From assembly GCA_964520995.1 (NCBI GenBank), contig CAZFQM010000001.1, positions 1 through 32,388 of the forward strand: DNA of 32,388 nt, given 5' to 3'. This document shows, one piece after another, positions 26,630-32,388 of this stretch (positions within the stretch are counted from its first letter, which is position 1; each line of letters starts with the position of its first letter). The translations under genes and the position numbers were made by a program. The notes beneath the pieces are model-generated. The model ran no database searches, had not been told where the DNA came from, and worked only from the letters and a program-made list of their open reading frames with translations. The stretch comes from an uncultured Oscillospiraceae bacterium (GTDB taxonomy: Bacteria > Bacillota > Clostridia > Oscillospirales > Ruminococcaceae).

Positions 26630-27493
26630 CTACCGATTTATTTTTCGAAAGCCTTCTCCGAGTACCTCGCCTGCATTGGCGACAATCAAAAAAGCACTCG
26701 GATCGATTTGGTTGACAATCCGCTTGACCTTATAAAATTGATGGTTGCGAACTGCGCAAAGAAGCACCTCCCGGGGGGCACCCGAAAAAGTCCCTCTCGC
26801 CGAAAGCAGGGTGCTGCCGCGGTGCAGCTCTCTACCGATTGCTGCCGAAATCGGCAGGCAATGCTCGGATATGACCAGCACCATCTTCCCGACCTCCGAG
26901 CCGTAAATAATCCCGTCGAGCACCTTAGAACAGACAAGCATCGCGATAATAGCGTACAGAGCGGTCTCCCACTCGGCAAACACTACTGTCGCAAAGCCGA
27001 TGACCAGCAAATCCGACGCCAAAACAATTTTGCCGATCGGAAATTGCGGGAATTTATTTTGCAGCATCCGAGCGGTAATATCGGTCCCGCCGGTAGAGCC
27101 ATTGCGGATAAAGGTCATCGCTATCCCCGCACCGATCATTGCACCGCCGAACAACGCCGCCAAAAGCTTATCGCCGTAATAAGGACGAATATCGGCAAGC
27201 AAGCCATCGGTCATGACGGTAAACAAAACGGTGGAGAACAAGGTCTTTCGGATAAAATCTCTGCCGAGCAGCTTGAAGCCAAGCAAAAGCAAGGGGATGT
27301 TGATAAGCAAGGAAAAGCTCCCGATTGGGATACCGGTCAAGGCGTGAAGCGCCGTTGCCAGCCCTGTCACGCCGCCGGGTGCAATCCGATTCGGGGCGGT
27401 AAACAGCTGAACGCCCAGCGCATAAACGACCGTTCCGATTGATACAAACAGATAATCGACCATCCGATTTTTGACATTTGCGTGCAGCTTCAT
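26630..27493 (-). CDS. YitT-family membrane protein (DUF2179 C-terminal domain)
   Basis: It is polytopic, with FTAPNRIAPGGVTGLA typical of YitT. I set the start at MKLHAN (27493) because GGGAGG lies 7 nt upstream. Confidence 0.85.
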   Translation of the reverse strand: MKLHANVKNRMVDYLFVSIGTVVYALGVQLFTAPNRIAPGGVTGLATALHALTGIPIGSFSLLINIPLLLLGFKLLGRDFIRKTLFSTVLFTVMTDGLLADIRPYYGDKLLAALFGGAMIGAGIAMTFIRNGSTGGTDITARMLQNKFPQFPIGKIVLASDLLVIGFATVVFAEWETALYAIIAMLVCSKVLDGIIYGSEVGKMVLVISEHCLPISAAIGRELHRGSTLLSARGTFSGAPREVLLCAVRNHQFYKVKRIVNQIDPSAFLIVANAGEVLGEGFRKINR

Positions 27494-27577
27494 TGCTTTG
27501 CCTCCCAATACATATCACTCTTCAACCATTAGTTATATGCAATCGGGGGCATGATATTACGATACGGCGAAATTATG

Positions 27578-27976
27578 CTATTGCAATTGTGTCCAGATGC
27601 GGTCGAACAAAAAGCGAAGTCGCTCCTGTTCTCCCTTGAGATAAAGGTATCCGAACAGCGCCTCCAAGCCGGTTGCCCGCCGATATTCAATCGGGTCGGC
27701 ATTTTTCGGCACGTGGTGACCGTTGGCATTCCTGCCGCGCTTATAAATCTCCGTTTCCTCCACGGAAAGCAGCTCCTCCAGCAGGGAAACAGCGCGGGAT
27801 TGCGCCGAAGCACAAACCACTCCCACCGTCTTTTTATGAAGCTTGGCTACAGGTGCATTTCCCTCCGCAACAAAGCGCTCCCTCACCAGCAATTCAAAAA
27901 CGGCATCTCCGAGAAAGGCAAGGGTCAGAGGGCTGAGCTGCTTCGGATGATTATTTTGTTCATTCGTTATCAGAAT
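27578..27976 (-). CDS. mrnC: Mini-ribonuclease III (MrnC); start codon uncertain
   Basis: PKQLSPLTLAFLGDAVFELLVRE, KRGRNA and GLEALFGYLYL match Mini-III. The homologous region extends upstream of the TTG picked by the ORF track. No ATG, GTG or TTG is in frame upstream, so the 5' end here is provisional (ATT at 27976). Confidence 0.7.
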   Translation of the reverse strand: MLITNEQNNHPKQLSPLTLAFLGDAVFELLVRERFVAEGNAPVAKLHKKTVGVVCASAQSRAVSLLEELLSVEETEIYKRGRNANGHHVPKNADPIEYRRATGLEALFGYLYLKGEQERLRFLFDRIWTQLQ

Positions 27977-28021
27977 AACATCACTTCTTTTCCGAAAATG
28001 GTCGTGGCTTCTCGCTGCCGA

Positions 28022-29380
<1,359 letters not shown>

Positions 29381-29410
29381 TTATTGTATCCGCTCGCGAC
29401 GGTTTTGATA

Positions 29411-29439
29411 CAACAAAAGCCTTGCGAAAACGCAAGGCT
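29411..29439 (-). terminator. Rho-independent terminator after rpmA
   Basis: The minus strand reads AGCCTTGCG-TTTT-CGCAAGGCT followed by TTTTGTTG. Confidence 0.8.
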
Positions 29440-29468
29440 CAGATTGTAGACAAAAGACAAGCTTTTTA

Positions 29469-29747
29469 TTAGTCTGCGTAAACGCTGACTTTTTTACCGT
29501 CACGTCCGACGCGCTCAAATTTTACCTTGCCGTCGATCAAAGCGAACAACGTATCATCGGATCCGCGACCTACGTTCTCGCCGGGATGAATATGGGTTCC
29601 GCGCTGACGAACCAGGATGTTGCCGGCAAGTACGAACTGACCGTCCGCACGTTTTGCGCCGAGCCGTTTGGATTCGGAATCACGGCCGTTCTTGGTTGAA
29701 CCGACACCTTTTTTATGTGCAAAAAATTGCATGCTGAGTTTTAACAT
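29469..29747 (-). CDS. rpmA: 50S ribosomal protein L27 with an N-terminal propeptide
   Basis: MLKLSMQFF|[21 protein letters not shown]... I set the start at 29747 because AAAGGAAC lies upstream. Confidence 0.95.
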   Translation of the reverse strand: MLKLSMQFFAHKKGVGSTKNGRDSESKRLGAKRADGQFVLAGNILVRQRGTHIHPGENVGRGSDDTLFALIDGKVKFERVGRDGKKVSVYAD

Positions 29748-29864
29748 ATCAGTTACCGTTCCTTTCAGTTTATGCCGCTTGGGCGGCAAAACAAATTAAT
29801 CATCAAGTTTCAGATTCCCCTTTTCCCTCTTGGAAAAAGCAGTTTGACCGTATGAAAAAGTTTT

Positions 29865-30182
29865 TCATACCGTTTTTTCCGATAAATCAATCGTTTTTTC
29901 AAATTCCTCGGAAAGCAGGCTGAGATGCAGGCGCAACGCTTTTAAAAACGGCTGCGCGGCAACCAGCTCCTCTTCCTTCAGCGAAAGCCGAATTTCATTT
30001 TCCTTAACTTCCACCTGCGCAGGCAAGCCGAGAATCTCGGTAATGCCGTTTGCCGTCAGCTCTACTGCCGAAGTTACAGCGGCACAGACAATATCCTTAC
30101 CGTATTCGGCATAACCGGCATGACCGGAGACCGAAAATCCGCAATAAAGCTTTTCGGATTTGAAAAAATGAGCGTATATCAT
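29865..30182 (-). CDS. prp: Ribosomal-processing cysteine protease Prp (YsxB-like)
   Basis: The 105-aa protein FSVSGHAGYAEYGKDIVCAAVTS carries a His/Cys dyad. It sits between rplU and rpmA. Confidence 0.9.
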   Translation of the reverse strand: MIYAHFFKSEKLYCGFSVSGHAGYAEYGKDIVCAAVTSAVELTANGITEILGLPAQVEVKENEIRLSLKEEELVAAQPFLKALRLHLSLLSEEFEKTIDLSEKTV

Positions 30183-30187
30183 AATGG

Positions 30188-30499
30188 TTATGCGTTGATT
30201 GCTTCAATACGAACCTGGGTGTAAGCCTGTCTATGACCCTTTTTGCGATGAGAATCCTTTTTCGGTTTGTAGGTAAAAACAGTAATTTTTTTACCCTTTC
30301 CGTTTTTTAGTGCGGTTGCGGAAACGGTTGCACCGTCTACATAAGGAGCGCCGACTACGATTCCGTCGTCTTTTCCTACAGCGATTACCTTATCAAAGCT
30401 AACTGCTGCTTCTGCTTCAACATTCAGTTTTTCGATGAAAATTACATCGCCCTCGCTTACGCGATACTGTTTTCCGCCTGTTTCAATAACTGCGTACAT
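30188..30499 (-). CDS. rplU: 50S ribosomal protein L21
   Basis: [25 protein letters not shown]... The start is at 30499, with AGAGGCAGGTG upstream. Confidence 0.95.
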   Translation of the reverse strand: MYAVIETGGKQYRVSEGDVIFIEKLNVEAEAAVSFDKVIAVGKDDGIVVGAPYVDGATVSATALKNGKGKKITVFTYKPKKDSHRKKGHRQAYTQVRIEAINA

Positions 30500-30625
30500 A
30501 AATTTAGGCACCTGCCTCTTTCTGTTAAACTCGCTATCTAAATCAAGGCGGCACAGCGACACTGCGCACTTACAGCCCGAGATAAGCGGCTTTATCATTT
30601 TATCACACCGTAATTCCTTTGTCAA
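30500..30625 (-). promoter_or_regulatory. rplU operon promoter plus a roughly 90-nt structured leader (candidate L21-leader-type element)
   Basis: The minus strand reads TTGACA (30620-30625), a 17-nt spacer, then TGaTAAAAT (-10 at 30597-30602). The leader contains the GATAA-AGCCGC-TTATC hairpin and GC-rich hairpins before the RBS. Confidence 0.5.
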
Positions 30626-30702
30626 ACCATTTTGCGCAAAAAAACCGTTCTTGATGATTTTTAACAAAATGTTTACATTTTAAGCTTATCGACTCTGCCG
30701 AA

Positions 30703-30745
30703 AACAAAAAAGACAACGCTTCAGAGGTTGGGAAGCATTGTCTTT
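30703..30745 (-). terminator. Rho-independent terminator after rpsT
   Basis: The minus strand reads AGACAATGCTTC-loop-GAAGCGTTGTCT followed by TTTTTTGTTTT. Confidence 0.8.
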
Positions 30746-30767
30746 TCTATTTGAAAAAAGAAACATC

Positions 30768-31025
30768 TTACGCTTTGTTGAGCTTGCTGACCAATTTGGA
30801 TTTCTTTCTTGCAACATTGTTTTTATGAAGCAATCCTTTGGCACCTGCCTGATCCAACCGTTTTACAGCCAGCTTTACAGCTGCCTCTTTATCAGCGGAG
30901 TTCTCGGCGATCGCTAAATCAGCTTTCTTCAAGATGGTTTTCAAATTGGATTTCATTGCTTTATTGCGAAGCGCTTTGGTAGCGTTTACTTTTACTCTCT
31001 TTTTCGCGGATTTAATATTCGGCAT
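30768..31025 (-). CDS. rpsT: 30S ribosomal protein S20
   Basis: MPNIKSAKKRVKVNATKALRNKAMKS... AAGGAGGTG lies upstream of the ATG at 31025. Confidence 0.95.
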   Translation of the reverse strand: MPNIKSAKKRVKVNATKALRNKAMKSNLKTILKKADLAIAENSADKEAAVKLAVKRLDQAGAKGLLHKNNVARKKSKLVSKLNKA

Positions 31026-31152
31026 AAATCGCACCTCCTTCTCATATTTGGCATCGTGTGGGAAACACTAAATGCCGGAAGTAACGTCACGGAGGCAAAA
31101 ATCTGCGGGTTAACAGATTTTAGACACAATGCGCCCATGACAACAAATATTA

Positions 31153-31181
31153 TATTACCATGAATCCGCAAAGAATGCAAG
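31153..31181 (-). promoter_or_regulatory. Sigma-A-type promoter of rpsT
   Basis: The minus strand reads TTGCAT, a 17-nt spacer, then TGgTAATAT. Confidence 0.55.
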
Positions 31182-31216
31182 AGGAAATTTGAATTTTTTT
31201 GAAAAAAAGAGGAAGG

Positions 31217-32098
31217 ATGATGTTCGGAATGTCTGTTCGAACCGATTTGGCAACAGAGGTGGTCGATTTTGCGGCGATGCAAGAGAACGAGGGGGTGTCT
31301 TGGAAAGAGAGAGAACGCGGTAAAATCAAAATCTCCGAGCTGGAGATTCTCAACGATGTGGCGGCACATCGGCTCGGCAAGCCACTCGGGAAATATGTGA
31401 CCCTCTCCCTCCCCTACTTGGCGCAGGCGGTACCGCATGATGAGGAACAGGTTGCCATCCTGGCGAGAGAAATAGCGGCAATGCTCCCGCAAGAGGGGAC
31501 AATACTGGTCATCGGTCTCGGGAACAACGACATCACGCCCGACGCACTGGGACCGAAAACCGTTGACCGCATCCTGGCGACCCGACACTTCCCCGCAGAA
31601 ACAGCAAAAAGAATCGGCTTGTCGAACCTACGCAGCACCGCTGCCCTTGCTCCCGGGGTGCTGGGACAAACCGGAATGGAAGCTGCCGAAATCGTCCTAT
31701 CCCTGACCGCACAAATCAAGCCCGCTGCTGTCCTGGCAATCGATGCGCTCGCCGCCAAAAGCCTCGACAGATTGGGAAGCACAGTACAAATCAGCAACAG
31801 CGGCATCTCTCCCGGCTCGGGCGTACAGAACAAGCGCAAGGAGCTGAGTCGGCAGACCCTGGGTGTCCCCGTGATTGCCGTCGGAGTTCCCACCGTTGTG
31901 GACATGAGCACCCTCCTACAAGAGCTGTCCGACAATGGGCAGGCACCTACCCTCTCCGAAGAAAGCAAAAGCATGATGGTCACACCGCGGGAAATCGACC
32001 TCATCATAGAAAGAGCCGCCGACATCCTATCCCTTGCCGTCAACAAGGCGTTGCAGCCCTTTTTGTCGGTCGAAGAGATTATCTCACTGGTTCTTTAA
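31217..32098 (+). CDS. gpr: GPR endopeptidase (spore germination protease)
   Basis: SVRTDLATE, ILVIGLGNNDITPDALGP, APGVLGQTGMEAAEIV and ISPGSGVQNKR are present. It is divergent from rpsT, as in Bacillus. The exact start is ambiguous (ATGs at 31217, 31220 and 31229). Confidence 0.9.
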   Translation: MMFGMSVRTDLATEVVDFAAMQENEGVSWKERERGKIKISELEILNDVAAHRLGKPLGKYVTLSLPYLAQAVPHDEEQVAILAREIAAMLPQEGTILVIGLGNNDITPDALGPKTVDRILATRHFPAETAKRIGLSNLRSTAALAPGVLGQTGMEAAEIVLSLTAQIKPAAVLAIDALAAKSLDRLGSTVQISNSGISPGSGVQNKRKELSRQTLGVPVIAVGVPTVVDMSTLLQELSDNGQAPTLSEESKSMMVTPREIDLIIERAADILSLAVNKALQPFLSVEEIISLVL

Positions 32099-32152
32099 GG
32101 CGTTTGTCATGATTTGTTTACAATAAATTTCGCGATTAAGCGGAATGAACTA

Positions 32153-32181
32153 TTGACATTTATCGATTTCTGTGGTATAGT
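32153..32181 (+). promoter_or_regulatory. Near-consensus sigma-A promoter downstream of gpr
   Basis: TTGACA, a 17-nt spacer, then TGgTATAGT. Confidence 0.6.
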
Positions 32182-32388
32182 TTGAAATAATTTCAACGAA
32201 AAGGGAGCGTGCTTCATTCCATGGACGATGGCAGTTATGACGGGAACTGTCGACGATGTGAAAACAACAAAGCTTTAACATACAAGGCATACTCACATTT
32301 CAGCGGGAAATGTGAGCGTGTCTTTTTGCGTTTTATGAAAATGATTCGAGAGTCGCACCCTCTCATTCTATTTTTTCCGCGGCGGTGC

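Noticed and set aside
31100-31216. A forespore sigma-F or sigma-G promoter for gpr.
   Set aside because: Candidate -35-like GAAT(A/G) words are present. None has a CAT-n-n-TA-type -10 at 17-18 nt spacing, so I cannot support a call from sequence alone.

Overview
The window looks like a core chromosomal region of a spore-forming Clostridia-type Firmicute, roughly 50% GC. The taxon is inferred from gene content and synteny only. Gene order is: lysS (partial), greA, a 275-aa unknown, the cell-envelope operon ftsE-ftsX-M23 peptidase-S41 Ctp protease, and a CdaR/PucR-type regulator. Then come a YbaK-like deacylase, a four-gene ABC-2 ATPase/permease/GldG-like/DUF4340 operon, a C92 (YiiX-like) peptidase coupled to a CPBP protease, and tadA. 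Next are an XRE regulator divergent from feoA-feoB, and a ROK regulator divergent from a PfkB kinase/lyxose-isomerase-like cupin/class II aldolase cluster. The rest is an Fe-alcohol dehydrogenase, a YebC-family regulator, a YitT-family protein, mrnC, obg, rplU-prp-rpmA, rpsT and gpr. I saw no rRNA, tRNA, CRISPR array, transposase or integrase. The most unusual sequence-level signal is a pair of ungapped 89-nt direct repeats with a covarying hairpin that bracket the XRE-feoAB module. Secondary leads are the function-unknown ABC-2/GldG/DUF4340 plus C92/CPBP block, a transporter-less sugar cluster, a Mini-III gene with no canonical start codon, an unlisted 48-aa Q/N-rich ORF, and several leader or attenuator-like hairpins. 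All calls rest on reading the sequence and motif recall. No searches were run.
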